Both the position numbers and the translations under genes were made by a program. A model generated the notes under the pieces. The model ran no database searches and had not been told where the DNA came from. It saw only the letters and a list, made by a program, of their open reading frames with translations. Below are positions 13,173 to 26,914 of a stretch of 64,000 bases of DNA, one piece after another (positions within the stretch are counted from its first letter, which is position 1; every line of letters starts with the position of its first letter). The stretch lies in assembly GCA_030141605.1 (NCBI GenBank), contig JAQGDQ010000185.1, forward strand, positions 1-64,000, in the 5' to 3' direction. This stretch comes from Tubiluchus corallicola (lineage: Eukaryota > Animalia > Priapulida).

Positions 13173-14720
13173 GATCTTCTTAACCTCCAACTTCCACTAG
13201 CTAGATCAAATGGCCAGCTATCCACACTATTTCTCAGGATGATTCAAATGTGTTTAGCTGTGTTCAGGTTATAGCCTATTTAGGTGGATTTTGAGGTGAA
13301 TTTGTAGGCTATTTAGTTCAATCTGCTTCGATCATAGCCTTCAAGACTGTAGGGTTGGGGACGAGACTTCAGATTAAATGGTTAGAGCATGATAGATTCT
13401 CTATTCTGTAGCCGGTAATTTCGGGTAATGGGTTGGTCTACACTAGTGTTTTTTGTTGTTTATTTACTCCCCTAGCAGAAGGTTGTGTTGCAGACTTATC
13501 TAAATAGAAAACAATATATGTAACCATAATAAGTGGATATAACCATTAACCTGAACTACTAAACATTCGTACCAACTGTTTAAATACATGTTTAATAAAA
13601 TGTATGTCTTTTCAAGTGTTAGTTTTCACTATACAGCATTCATTTTAGAAGGACTTCATTTTAGCTGACTCGATGACCTGGTAGTCTTTCGCTGACCTGT
13701 CTCTTGCACCCCTTTTTGATATTGCACTTTTTTCTTTTCTATGTGCGTGAAAATTTCACACGTGCATTTAGTTGCATACTTCAAGCAGTTTTACATTTCA
13801 AGATAGCCCAAAAAGAGGTAAAATGCATTATATCTACCACTGCTGACAAAATAATAAGAACGGCTAGGTAAATACGTTTTCAGTCTCAGCACTACAAAAA
13901 ACTTAATTTTGTCTTTTTGCTATAAAAAAGAGATAGCAAAACACATGTGAAGGACAGGCTTTGTTGGCTTTAAAAGTTTATCTAGATTCAGGCTAATCAC
14001 GTAATAAACCATTACCTTGCTTAAGTTTGTGTACCGCAAAATTAATCTTGAGTTAATCTTGAGTTCAGATATTTTTTTATTTCTAATAATGTTGATCTAT
14101 AATGGGAGCTTGGGAAGTTCTATTCGTCACGAAGAATCACCAAAGATAATATGGGCAACTTTTTTAGCCAAGTTAATTCCAGCAATACAAAAAACAATAG
14201 ACACTAAAATAGATTTTTGTTTTTGTGGTAAGAAAGGGCATGTGATAATGTATTAATTTTAGGAAAGCCTGGGAAAATTTTACGCAAAACTTTTGCCCCC
14301 ATGGTTTTGTTGGTATAGGCAGTATAGGCATGGATGTAACAGATCCAGATCTACAGATGTGCTTTATGTAATAATCTTAACGTGATGAATTATTATGCTT
14401 GATACTGTAACACCCGCTGTTCCTCACCGTCAGGGGGTTGCAATACCTCTTCCGGTAGGTTCGAATCCATGCTTCCGGATAGGCCCGAGTAAATGCTGGA
14501 TAATGCCATCATGTAGAAGTTCAGGCCAGCATTTTGTAGAATTCAAACTGAGCATTAAAATTTACTGTTCATTACAAAGAAATTACTGTAAAAAGATATG
14601 TCCGTTTGCCTGCTGAATTGTTGACGAGGCCTTTCCATATCAACGGTTTTATCCGTGGTATACAACGCTGATATGCGATGGTTCAAACCATCACAATGTA
14701 GGACGAGATGAAATAAACTG

Positions 14721-16050
14721 ACCGGTAATAAAGTCATAGCGAAAACTCAGACAAAAGTCACAATTTTGGTTAGGCAAAAAAGTAACAAGTCAGTATGAAA
14801 GTCAGGTAATCCAACAAAAGTATTTTTAAAGTAATAAAACAGAAGATATTTTAAATCTGTTATTAACTGACAATACATGACTTGTACAATGTGCATATTG
14901 ACAACACTATTTATATATGATGGCAAGACATGAATGTGAAAAAAATCACGTTTTGTTCACATTCTTAGGGTTAGGGCAGGGGTGTGCAAACTGCGGCCCG
15001 CCAAGAGGTTTGTCAACGTAATGAAAGTGCGGCCCACGCGATCCAGCTGAAGTCCGCGCCAATATTGCAAAGTTAGTGTGGGTAGTTTTTTCCTCTAGAT
15101 CGGATGGCATTAACCTTTAGAAATGCGAGAAGCAATCTGATGGGCTGGTAGGAAGACCAATTAGCCAATCTCTAGGCTTCTATTATCGGGCCTGTTGATC
15201 TGTCCAGTCGTCTTCTTGGTCATAGCAGGTAGAACATTTTGACTTGGGTATTTTACGAAATAAATTATAAATAAATAAAGTACAAATAACATTATAATAT
15301 AACAAGTATAAATTATCTACCTACTGTGACCAAGAAGACGACTGACACAACAATTTGTAAGCAGCCAGCAAGCTGAAAAAGTGTGGTCATCCCTGATATG
15401 GTGGGATTCCAAGATTTTAGTTTCAGCTTAGGCTCTGTAGTACGCGCTTCAATCAGCGGCTATTTCATCGGTTCATCAGATGCAGGGTTCTTATAGATCA
15501 GAATCATGGATAAGAAAAAGAGGAAGATTGAAGAAGAACAGCGAATCAAGACAGATTAATATGCACTGTACTACACAGACTGTGTGATACACATTACTAA
15601 TATGCATTGTAATGAAATTACCACTATCAGTCGTTAAAGTAGAAATATATGGTTTTTAATATAAATTTTAACAACTTCTAAAATAGTTTCCTGAGCGTAG
15701 TAGTGCAGTAGTAATGATGTGCGCAAACCGGATGCAAAAAAATTGTTATTAGGTCCTACTATACTTGGCTCCTTAACCAAACCGCATGTGGCCCGGCTAG
15801 TCAGATAATTTACACCCCCCTTGGTTAGGGGTTATGTTTAGGACTTGGGTTCTCGTCCTGGTTAGCAGTTAGGGTTATGGTTAGAGTTAGGGTTAGGGTT
15901 AGGATTCGTGCGAGGGGTTAGACTTATGGTTAGAATTAAGGTTACAGTTAGGGCTAGAGTAATTTCCTTTATAACTAAGTGACTATTTTCCTGTGACTTT
16001 TTTCTGTAACGTTTTACCTGTGCCTTTTTACCTGAGACTTTATTACCTGT
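14721..16050. mobile_element. Foldback/MITE-like element with repeated-unit arms and degenerate (TTAGGG)n core, interrupted by a hAT insertion
   Basis: Left end CCGGTAATAAAGTCA pairs with right end GACTTTATTACCTG. The arms contain repeated aaaagtcac / gtgactttt-like units. TTAGGG-like core at 14965-14976 and 15823-15960. Confidence 0.6.
14977..15822 (+). mobile_element. Non-autonomous hAT (Buster/Charlie/SPIN-like) deletion derivative
   Basis: TIR CAGGGGTGTGCAAA / TTTACACCCCCCTT, subterminal GCGGCCC motifs, and a perfect 8-bp TSD GGTTAGGG (14969-14976, 15823-15830) with the central TA typical of Buster-type hATs. Residual transposase N-terminus MDKKKRKIEEEQR at ~15506. Confidence 0.85.
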
Positions 16051-18170
16051 GTTTAATAACATTTTGCCTATGTTACAATAGTATAACATGCTTAGGTTAT
16101 GAACCGTTATTTAGAATCGTAGACGAAATATTAATCCTACAAGAAGGATTAAAATTTAGGCTCAATTTTTTTAATTATACTTGATTTATAAACTCACCTC
16201 ATTAGCGAAATTCTACTTTCACAAGTTCACGCCAGATTTTTTTGTTCCCAAAGCACATTCTCGTCTTGCTTATTCAAAACAGCTTGGACTGGAAAGTGTT
16301 TAAGAATGACTTTAGCTTTTAGAGGCAGAACACCAAGTTTATTCGAAAGCCCATTGTTTGCTTTTTCACTGAAGTGCATTTTCGAACTCGATTTTTTCTT
16401 TTGAATTAGAAACAATACTCATTTCAAAACAACGCAGCTAATTACGGTTTATTAAACATGAGAAATCTATTTTTGTAGATGTTACTTAAACTTTCAAATT
16501 TCTAAATCTAAATTAATTACTGACTGTGGTATTAAAACTTGAATCGAGACTTGCTAAAGGGCCGAGGTTATTTTGTTTAGCTTTAGCTCCTCTCAGGTCT
16601 TTCATTTTTATAAGAAAACCACAGCATGATTATATTATTAGCATAATTTAGAAGTCTGAAGACAGCAAAATTGAAAATAGGTAGCTTAAAAACAGAAAAC
16701 GTTTTCTTTTCAGGAATATGTCTGTGTGGTGATATATGTAGTGTCGCGAGGCTGAGTTGGTGAGTTTCGCTCTGTTTTGCTTTCAAAGTTTCACTTACTC
16801 AAGGACACGGAATGTTCGGCTTGTATGTTCTTTCAAAACAAAATGTAATAATCTTACCTGCAGCAAACTTTCTGATTTGCTTAGATTAAACATTTACTTG
16901 TCTTAATATACGAACGTTTTTTATGACTTACCTGTCTTACTGTAATAATATATAAATGCCACATTCTGCATCCTTGAGTCCGATGGTTGCTGGTGATGGT
17001 TTAAGTGCCAGACAGGACGAGACTGACCCGTCCTACCAGGACTTGTCGCCCAACTGTTTCCGGCGCCAACGTGGGTCTGGTAGCCCCTCAAGAGTAGATT
17101 GCTCTTTATGTTTTTTGTTTAGCAAGATACTTGTTCAATTCAATCAGAAAGCTTCCTTCACACTTACGAAACGTTAACAGTCTGATGGTTTCGAAGTTTA
17201 CTCTTTTATTCAACGATTAGTAGATTAGTTATGCATTTTGATGCCGCTCTTTTAAAACTGATTTAATGTCTCCCAGCCGTTTGATTTAGTAGTCGTCAAT
17301 TCTTAAAGAAGTGGCGGTAGGACCAATACCTCTCACCCACCGATAACGCTGTTCCAAGTAGTCCAGGATTTTTTTAACTACCCTGGTGGCGAAAACATGA
17401 CGGAAGAACAACACCCAAGCGGACTTTTAATTTTTTGATTATAATTTCAAATTATTTTAATTCTGTGCATTTGTATTCTGTGCATATGACATCTAAAGCA
17501 GATTTTCCTAAAATCCAATCTTAAATTTTTGTCTTATCATTTTCGCACTCACGGTACTACTCTGTTTGGAAAAGGCAAAGGCATTATGCTGATGACCGTG
17601 TCTCATGTTTGAAGATTACCTTTGGTAATAAAGTTAGTTTTCGCCCAAAACTATTTAATGTAGGTAGTAGGCTATGCCGTAGCCTATGCTGTAGACTGCG
17701 ATGTTACAAAACTGCACAAAATAATTAAGTATATACATATATACTTAATATATTACAAATATGAATAAACATTGAACATTTTCAAATTAAATAAACAGCA
17801 CAAAATACCCTTTTAATGTAATTAAATTCGCACTTTTATTTTAAACATAAAGTAAATTGGTATTTTTTTCACAGATATAGTTTTGGTGATCAAAATTAAT
17901 GGTAATGTAACCCAGATTAACTTTTGCTGTTAAACAATCTTTTGGAACGAGTAGTTGGCAACGAGATTTATTCAGAAGGGCTGTTGCCTAGTTTTTTATG
18001 GTTTTGTTCTCAACAGAGAAAAGGGAGAATATAAATTTAAAATGTGGCTAAAACAACAGCTTTTATTTAGTAATGAAAGAGTGACGATATTGTTGGATTA
18101 ATAGTTTGAGAAGTGATTCTATTTCGCCTTGATCCTCTTCTCGTTCTCGTTGTTCATGTAGTACGTTTTT

Positions 18171-18235
18171 GTGACGTCACAATACAGAGTTACCCCGTAT
18201 CCAAAAATTTAGCGATAAAACGGTTCCATAGCAAC
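18171..18235. promoter_or_regulatory. CRE palindrome plus RFX X-box-like motif
   Basis: GTGACGTCAC (18171-18180) and GGTTCCATAGCAAC (18222-18235). Motif match only; both also occur inside MITEs. Confidence 0.3.
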
Positions 18236-18621
18236 GATAAACGGCATTGTAAATGACGTATCTAGGCAGTTCATTAGAAAAAATAAGCGAGTAACCAGTG
18301 TTTCGTGTTCCGGACTAGTTTTGAAAAAACTGTTACTTTACGCTTAGAAAATTTGCAGTGCCAATTGATGTACTCTGCTTTTCTTGAGGTTCTTAAAAAC
18401 TGTGAATGATTATTGTTTAAGTAGCGCATTGTCAGATAAGTAACACTAAAAAATAAAAACCAACTCATGCACTTTGTATTTCAAATATTTCATATTTTAT
18501 TTTGCATTAGTATAGGTAAACTTTGTTACACCTCCACCCTTCCCCCACACCAAGACATGAGAACGCCTCTGGAAGTGCTAAATAGAGCTCCAGTTCTCAA
18601 ATCATCTCTAAGAACGGGTTT

Positions 18622-18948
<327 letters not shown>

Positions 18949-20309
18949 ATTTTTTTCTCTTCTGTTCATATGATAACAATTCTGGTGTACCAAATTGCTC
19001 AGTTTGGAATCTTTGTTGGAAACGTGGGAAATGCCGAACATATCCAACAATACCAAACCATTACCCAGGAAAAGGCTTCGATGAAAATCTAAATGTTTTA
19101 GATGTGCCACGTTGCTTTGTGGGCATCCCAGGCTTATGGATGTATAGTACAATTTTTTACCAATCATTTGCATTTTTTTCTTGCCATACGTAACCTCATA
19201 AATAACTGTATTTATATTCACTTGCTTAAACTCTGAAAATTTTTGATTCTCTGATTTGAAGTGTTTTGCTCGAATCAAAAGCTTTCATCGCAGACAGACC
19301 TTGTCGCCCTACTTTTGCTCTATTGCCTTTTAATGACGGTTTGGCAAAAACTTGTATAAATATTATTCAACAACACAGCCAGCTCTATTAGATGTGGTAA
19401 TAGAAACATAACTGAACGGTTTTGTTATGATAGATGGAGCATGGAGTCATCTATGATATTAATTACGTCATCAACTGATGGGAGTCATCACTGAAAGAGT
19501 GAAGCCATGTTTTAGTGCAGCTGCAATCTGTAGTAAAATGTTCACAGCTTCTTCAATGTTTTGCTAGGACGCTCTGCGTACGGTTTTTATCATGTTTATC
19601 ATCTCAATTGTCAGTAAAATTTACGGGGGAAGGGCTATTAATAAAATTCATGGGGTGGGGAGGGGGGGGAAGGGGTTAGTATCCGTAACACACGAATTTA
19701 GTATATGACAGGAAACCATGAAAAATCTTTATTGTTTTAACACAGCCATTGTAGAAAATTTATAGATGATTGATGTACTTGTAGAGAACTTGTAAGAAAT
19801 TTGTAGCTTGGGTGGCATTTTTAGACTAAGGTTAAAAATCAGCTGCTTCACTCTGGTGGTTAGAACAAGAAGAGAATACGAAAACTGTGGTGAATTGTAA
19901 AACACTTTATTTATTCGATTTAGTCCAAACAGTTTAGTCTAGTCGTAACGCGCCCGTTAGCTACCCAGGTCACATGCACTTACTGAGCCTACCTGATTGA
20001 TAAGTGAATCTTACTAGCAGATTATGTAACCATGTGTGGGAAGCCCAGCAAGCATAGGTGACAAAGCAACAGTGACCAAGGCAACAACCTGGATGAAAGC
20101 TGGGTCAAGTGATAATAATGAAGAAAATTAAGAAATTGAAATACAGGTAGCAGCACATGTTCAATCGGTGAAAATGCGCGACTCCCATCACTGTGGTTGC
20201 ATGTCACAGATCGGAACTAGTTATGTGACTGCAATCTTGCATCTATTTAAAGGCTACTGCAAAAGACATTTTAAGTATTTTTTGTAAATTCACAAAGCTG
20301 TACGTTACG

Positions 20310-20407
20310 TCATCATCATCATCATCATTATCATCATCATCATCGTCGTCGTCGTCGTCGAAGTCATCATCATCATCATCATCAACAACAACAACATCAT
20401 CGTCATC
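20310..20407. repeat. (CAT)/(CGT)/(CAA) compound microsatellite
   Basis: Directly visible. Confidence 0.9.
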
Positions 20408-22744
20408 AAGTTTTATATCCAAGTAAAACAATCAGAAACTGTAAACGGGGAGTGTAGATAATCCAGTTATTGAGAGACCAGTTTTCGCAATGCTGGTAAT
20501 GTGGTTCTACCAGCTAAGTAAAGAAGTAATTTGGAATTGTTTAGCTCAGAGATTTTTAGGAATTTTATGAGATTGTCATTGTATATCGTTTTTAAGTATT
20601 TCTAAAAAGCAGTCAAACATTTGCGAAAAATCGTGAATTTCCAATAATCATAAATTTTTTTTATTAAACGAAAGCAAAAACTGTAACTGGTGAGTACAAC
20701 AAATTTGGGAAACCAATATTTCGCAGACAATATGGAGTTTGACAGTTAAGTGATGTGCAGCTGTTTGAGAATTTTCAGATATTCGTCAGGTATTTTCAGA
20801 AATATTATTAGGTGGTCCATTAGAAAAAATTAAAATGTTAAAACACGCAAAACGTCAAGTCAGCTTTACCTGAGTATTCATTGTTGGCGTGGTTTAGGTA
20901 AATGCTAATGCCTGTGTATTTAAGGACCCTGGGGCTTTTTTCTGCATGACTAGGTAATCATGCCGGACATTCTGGTATTTATTTTAACAAGGCAATTATT
21001 ACCGCTTTGTGTTGACGTGTTAATTTTCCGTCCAATTAGCTGCGTTACCTGCTAAATTGAAATAAATTGTTGCAGAATTAACAAGCGGAAAAGTGTCAGA
21101 CGTTTTAGAAATGTTATTTGAAGGTCGCAAATTAAGTTGCTGCTGCAAACGTTGACACAAATTTATTTAATCATTAACAAAAAATAATAAATAAGCAATA
21201 ACAAAATTAACACAATAGCTGCAGCATTAACAGGAGATATATCAAAAGCAACAACAACGCCAAGAGGCGGCAACAATGGCAGCGCAGCTGTACTGGTACC
21301 AACAACAACAGCAGCAGCAGCAGCAGCAATGACAGCATCTACAGTAACACTAATATTCACATTAACAACACTGTAACAAGAGCACCAATAACAAAACCAG
21401 GCAGTGATGACAGCAATGACAACGACAACATAGCGACAACGACAATGTCAATAACAACAACAGCAATAACTGAAAAGTCAACAGCGATAAGAAAACAAAA
21501 ATAAAAGTAATTTGACGTATTTGTTTTCAATTATAAAAGATCAATTAATTATTAGTGGTCGTTGGTAGGTTAGGCCTCTTTACTCGATGAAATTAGTTCT
21601 TCCGTCTCTATCTAGTGGTCTTAGCTAAAAAATGCGTGTTTATTCCTGAAATCCAATATTTATTCTTACTTGTTTAGTGACCACGGATTGATTAGCTATA
21701 AAAACGCCGTCGATTGCCTTATTGAGCTTGAACCTTTTTATTTTGGCTTTGCTTTAAAAAAGTTTGTAAGTGGCGTGAAAGGCAGCATGACGCACCACAA
21801 AATCACCCATCGCAGACATGCTGAACCTCTAAAAAGCAAACGCAGAATTTCTGCAATGTGGTACTACAAATGCGAGCGAACCATTAGTTTCCCATGCATG
21901 GATGCTTTTACAAAACTCAAACTAGAACTCCCTTGTCATCATCATACATCATCAACGTCAAAAGTCGAAACATTGCAAAAGAAGTTGAGTTGAAACCGTG
22001 CGGTACATCTAGCTGTGCTGAATGATTTCATTCTTTGAAAATCCGGCATGCTAGTAACGTCAACTTAAAACTAATGGCGCAACGAAAAACAAACGAGTTT
22101 TAAGGCGAGTTTTGTGGATTTAGATTTATTGAAAACACTTGTTTTTAAAACACGGATTGAACTGATTAAGGAAGTTTGTTTTCCAGCCGGTTCTTGTTCC
22201 ATTGCATCCGCTTTGGACTAAATAAACATTCAGACAACACTGAAATGTTAGTTCAAAAGCTTAGCTAAGAACGTTAAAGAAATTTTCGAGTAGAGTAGTT
22301 TAGTGTTAGGACGTTGAGATTGGCATCATTAATCAGTTTAAACAGATGAACTAAATACTGATTGATTGGTTACACATCTGACGAATGCCAATAATTTTTC
22401 ACGTTTTTTTTCAAAAAGCAAACTATAGTGAATTAATAATTTACCGAGTTAGTAAATTAACAATTATACTGCCTAACTTTATTATTTAGATACTGCTGTT
22501 AGAACTTTCCACTAAATTAAAATAATTCGGCACTCATTTAGCATTGTTATTAAGTTAAGTGTTATTGGTATTTTTGTGGTTCTTAGGAATTCTTTTTGAT
22601 GTATTAATGATGAACGTTATCATCTTAATCATCATCATCGTCATCATCAGCATGGTCATCACCTTCGCCATCATCGGCAGTATTGTTGCCGTATCATCGC
22701 CACCACTACCATCGTCATTATTATGGTCATCATTAGCAAAATTG

Positions 22745-22967
22745 TTAGGTAAGTGAGTAAGTAAATAAAATTTATTTAACTTTGCTTATAACATAGAAAA
22801 TGTACCTTTAAAGTTAATATTACGGCCAATACATTAAGATAAAATCAATAAATAAAGTGCACTTACACAATTATTATATATATAGCTTTAATATTAGCTT
22901 CAAAGGTAGTATTTTCCATGTTATAAACACCGTTAAATAAATTTTATTTACTTACTCACTTACCTAA
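22745..22967. mobile_element. Foldback MITE with 36-bp perfect terminal inverted repeat
   Basis: TTAGGTAAGTGAGTAAGTAAATAAAATTTATTTAAC at 22745 and its exact reverse complement ending at 22967. Internal arms also pair (acatagaaaatgtacctttaaagttaatatta / taatattagcttcaaaggtagtattttccatgt). Possible TA TSD. Confidence 0.85.
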
Positions 22968-23479
22968 TTTTTTCATAGTATCATATACTAATTGTACTGT
23001 ATACTTATTGTACCAATAAGCTATCATATATATGACCAGCATACATACAGCACACAGTTGCAGATGATGAGATGATGACAAATCGAACTCGCCATAAATT
23101 CCCGACAGCTTCTTTCAATTGCATTCCTGGACATTCAGAAATGTAGCTACACGAATTGCGACATTTGGCATTGGTGATGATAACTAGATTAGCCTTCAAT
23201 AAGGCCACTAGGTTATATGCCAGAGCTTGCAAATTATGAAGCCAATCAGCTGCGCTGCATCAGATATTAACTTATAGATTAGTTCTTTATAACCCTAAAA
23301 TAGTTTTGTAAATAGAAAACGCATAGAAGTATTTTTAAAACAGGGAGAGAAAGAGGGAGTAACCAGTCCACAGTCCAATATCTCAAAACTATTCTATAGA
23401 TTGGGACGCGTGTGGTTTTGAAAATGTGGATGCGCTGGCAGTTTCTGTTGTGAGGGCAAAACATTTCTAGTTACAGTTA

Positions 23480-23693
23480 AGTGGCGTTTATCAGACATCC
23501 GGAATGCGTATGCGCTATGGGGGTGCGGAAAAGATAAAATAGGTTTACATATTTTCAATGCACTCGTTTATCAGATCTGCGTTATGCGTTATTTTTTTCT
23601 GCAGTTATTCTTATTGATTTTCTATTCCGCAGCTATTCCGCAGTTGGATAACCTATAACGCATACGCATTCCGGATGCTAGCTAAACGTTACT
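23480..23693. mobile_element. PIF/Harbinger-type MITE
   Basis: Imperfect TIR AGTGGCGTTTA...CATCCGGAATGCGTATGCG / CGCATACGCATTCCGGATG...TAAACGTTACT, with a 3-bp TTA TSD on both sides. Confidence 0.8.
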
Positions 23694-24792
23694 TTACACG
23701 TTTTTGTCAATAAAAAGCAATTTTTAAAACAAAAAATATATTGATACCAATCTCAAGCATTTCTCTGACTTTTTATATCTTACGTCGGTTATTATAGGCT
23801 TAGTATTTTTATTATTATTATGGCAGGATTGATGTTTCTTTCTATGTAAGGATTAATGTTTCTTTCTAGAATTGCTAGACAGGCAAATGTTTCTTGCGTA
23901 CAACATAAGCTGAATATATTAAATACACAATATTAAAAAAATTCGTAGCCATGGCAAGAGAACGAACGACTTAAAAGTTCAACAAATTGTAAAAACAATT
24001 CCGAGAAAAAACACTCTCACTGGAATTGTCTCAGATGATCTGCATTATTAATTTCAAAAGTTTGACAATCTAAACTCTCCCGATGGCATGATAAATTTAG
24101 TGTTCATCATAGATTTCTCTGCAAAAATTGTTTTCATATTTCTCTCACACTCTTGTTTTCCTGGGGCTTTTTATTGTCACTTCCACATTTACTTCATTCG
24201 TAAATCATGATTCGTTGCATAATTGTCGCCATGGCAAAACTCGCCAGCTCAGTGCCCTAGGCTGCAAGTTAGTTCTACTCGTGTTTTTTACCAACAGGTG
24301 ATGTGATCATAGGTGACACGTTACTCAAAAAAGTCAGCAGTGAAAAGTGTCTGGGTCATGTAATTGACTCGTCTCGTCTCATTTCATCTTATCTAGTCTT
24401 ATTTTTTTATCTTTGTTTATTCGCTGTTTAACATAAGAACGCTAATAGGCTGACGTTATAAACACACAATTAAATAAATTTAAATAACAGACTTGAAAAA
24501 CAGGATATATGAAAAAGTAGGAATACAGCCCGGGTCTGAACCACGGACTTTTGCTTATACGTCCACCGTATTCGCCAGGGATCAAGGCAGTCCAAAATTC
24601 ATCCATTATGCCCCGTTTATACATAGGTATGTGTAAACACACGCGAACCAATGTTTTTCTTGTATGTTATTTACTGTAGTATTTAATTTCGTAGGGTACA
24701 AGGTGTTATGTTGCTATGTTTGGCATGTTACAGCCACCACCTTCAGGTATGTCCAAGGTTAGTCAAATTGAATGGAAATTCTGTCAATCTGC

Positions 24793-24894
24793 AGCAGCTG
24801 CTGATGATGATGATGACGGTGTCATCGTCATCGTCGTTGTTGCTTGTTTTGCTGTAGCTGTTGTGGTCGCGGTCTTGGTCTTGGTAACGATAAC

Positions 24895-24964
<70 letters not shown>

Positions 24965-24994
24965 GCTGCTGAAGCTGCTGCTGCTGCTGCTGCT
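24793..24994. repeat. Compound trinucleotide microsatellite (GCA/GAT/GTA/GTT/GCT)
   Basis: Directly visible; explains the poly-V/T/N/Y ORFs. Confidence 0.95.
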
Positions 24995-26914
24995 GGTATC
25001 ATTCTCGCAGCTACCCATAAGGGTGAGTATGTGACGATCTGAGAGAAAGTTTTGCAAAACGATGACGTCACATTTTGTTATCGCACAATCTGGATCAAAG
25101 TCGAAAATTTGCAATTATAATCATTCGCATTTTTAGTATTTTGTTTAATTTAATAATTTATTAACATTGAATTTCAGCTTATTAATGAAATGAATTTAAA
25201 TCGACGAAACTACTTTTGTTCTTTAAACAAGTGCGCTTTGTCTCTATATTCAATGATTTGCTCATATCGTCTTTCTCTGCTTGCAGTCTGGCAGTAAAAA
25301 TATTAAGCATATAAAGCATTTGCACCAAATATTTACGGTGTATCACATTGGAGGCGATTTTATTACTACAATCTAACAAACATCAGAGCTGCATTTATAA
25401 AGGATTAATCAAGTTTTTCAGGTTTGAATATTCCTACACTGGAAGTATAATTACATCCGAATTGAATTTGCAGCACGTTAAAGGGCTAGAAAGAAAGTGT
25501 GTTTATAGTACCATGTGCCGTACAATGAAAGTAAATGATTCTGTTGTAGTTAATATTTTAAATAGTGTCGTAAACTTGCATTCGCTAATATGGATCAAGT
25601 TGGAGAGAGAAGCTATTTGTACAGTAATTTTATTGAACTTTGCAATTGGTCTGTGTAAATATTGATATGCCTTTTGAACTTATAATTTTTTATATAATTG
25701 TATTTTATGCTATATGGAAGAGAAATTTGAAATAGATGTGTGTCTATCTATCATACTATCAAACCCATGCCACATACTGGGTTTTAAATTATTGTTAAAT
25801 TAATTCGTATTTTCCTTAGCTCAGTGATAAAAGCGTTTCTTATCATAATTTTCCTTACTTAACAAGTAAAGAAAACAAAGAAAATTAAGTAAATTGAAAC
25901 AGTTGTTCCCTGAAAAAAGAGAAAGAGCAATCCAGTTAATTGTAGAATTGTTGCTTGCAGCCAAACTACTGTTGCTGACTGTACTGAGTCAAACCTGTAG
26001 TATGCAATATTTACACTAAGACTCAAAAACTGCAAATCAATGCATATAAATACGTAATAAATCGTTCTTATTCAAATGACGCTTTTTATCGTGGTCTCCA
26101 ATATCTGATAATTCTCCTGATTAATGAATTATTCGAGACATCTTGAAGCCTAAAAGCCGTCTATTCATTATGCTGTATAGCAATTTCTAACATTGGAACA
26201 GCAATTTTATGCATCTCAGTACATCCATTGCTTTACACAATGCTTACAGTCTGAGTCCAATAAAGGATTTTGCCAGGGGATTTTCTAAGGTTGGTGAACT
26301 TTACTGATATTGAAAGTATTACAATTCCGTTGCGACTGGTGGAATATATTAGAATTGGCAATATAATTGTGACTTAATAGATACGAAAATACCCGGGTAA
26401 TAAATAGTATATGGTTCTAATGAAATTCTTTTACCCGCAAATTTTCCAAAAAAAATCCAATAATAAACAATCCAGTAATAATTGCTAGATAGTGAGAAAA
26501 CAGTAAGAAACTTATTTTGTCATACATATTAAAAAACACATCAAAAAAGAAAATTTTAGAGTCATGTAGAAATACTTGACGTAGTTAATTTATATTTTTC
26601 ACATAATTTTAAATAAACGTAGTTAAAAAACGTAGAGTAATGAAATGTGTTATAACAATTAATTTTCTATATGATTATCATGTTTATTCATCGAATTTGG
26701 GAGGGGAGGGACTTTGTATGTGTATTAGTTTTCATCCTCCCTACATTTCAAAAAGTATCGGGCGGGCTTATCCAAACTACCTAATATACTTTATTCGTGC
26801 AACTATAATTGTATTTTATGTACTCATGTTTTTATGTATTTTATGAAATGGGAAATAAATTGTTTACTTACTAATATGTTTGCTGTCGTCTATAGGTTTT
26901 TAAGATAAGAAAAT

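Noticed and set aside
12803-13225. 140-aa minus-strand ORF as an upstream exon of the membrane-protein model
   Set aside because: Ends in a stop with no suitable donor; the nearby donor at ~12577 would join exon 12329 out of frame
15823-15960. True telomere or chromosome-fusion site
   Set aside because: Short, degenerate, single orientation and enclosed by element arms
17044-17078. Partial match to a tRNA-Lys primer-binding site (cggcgccaacgtggg)
   Set aside because: Mismatch and deletion relative to TGGCGCCCAACGTGGGGC; no adjacent LTR (TG..CA) or gag/pol remnants seen
23005-23254. Open minus-strand exon-like patch (AADWLHNLQALAYNL...)
   Set aside because: Weak polypyrimidine tract, no partner exon found, no recognisable domain
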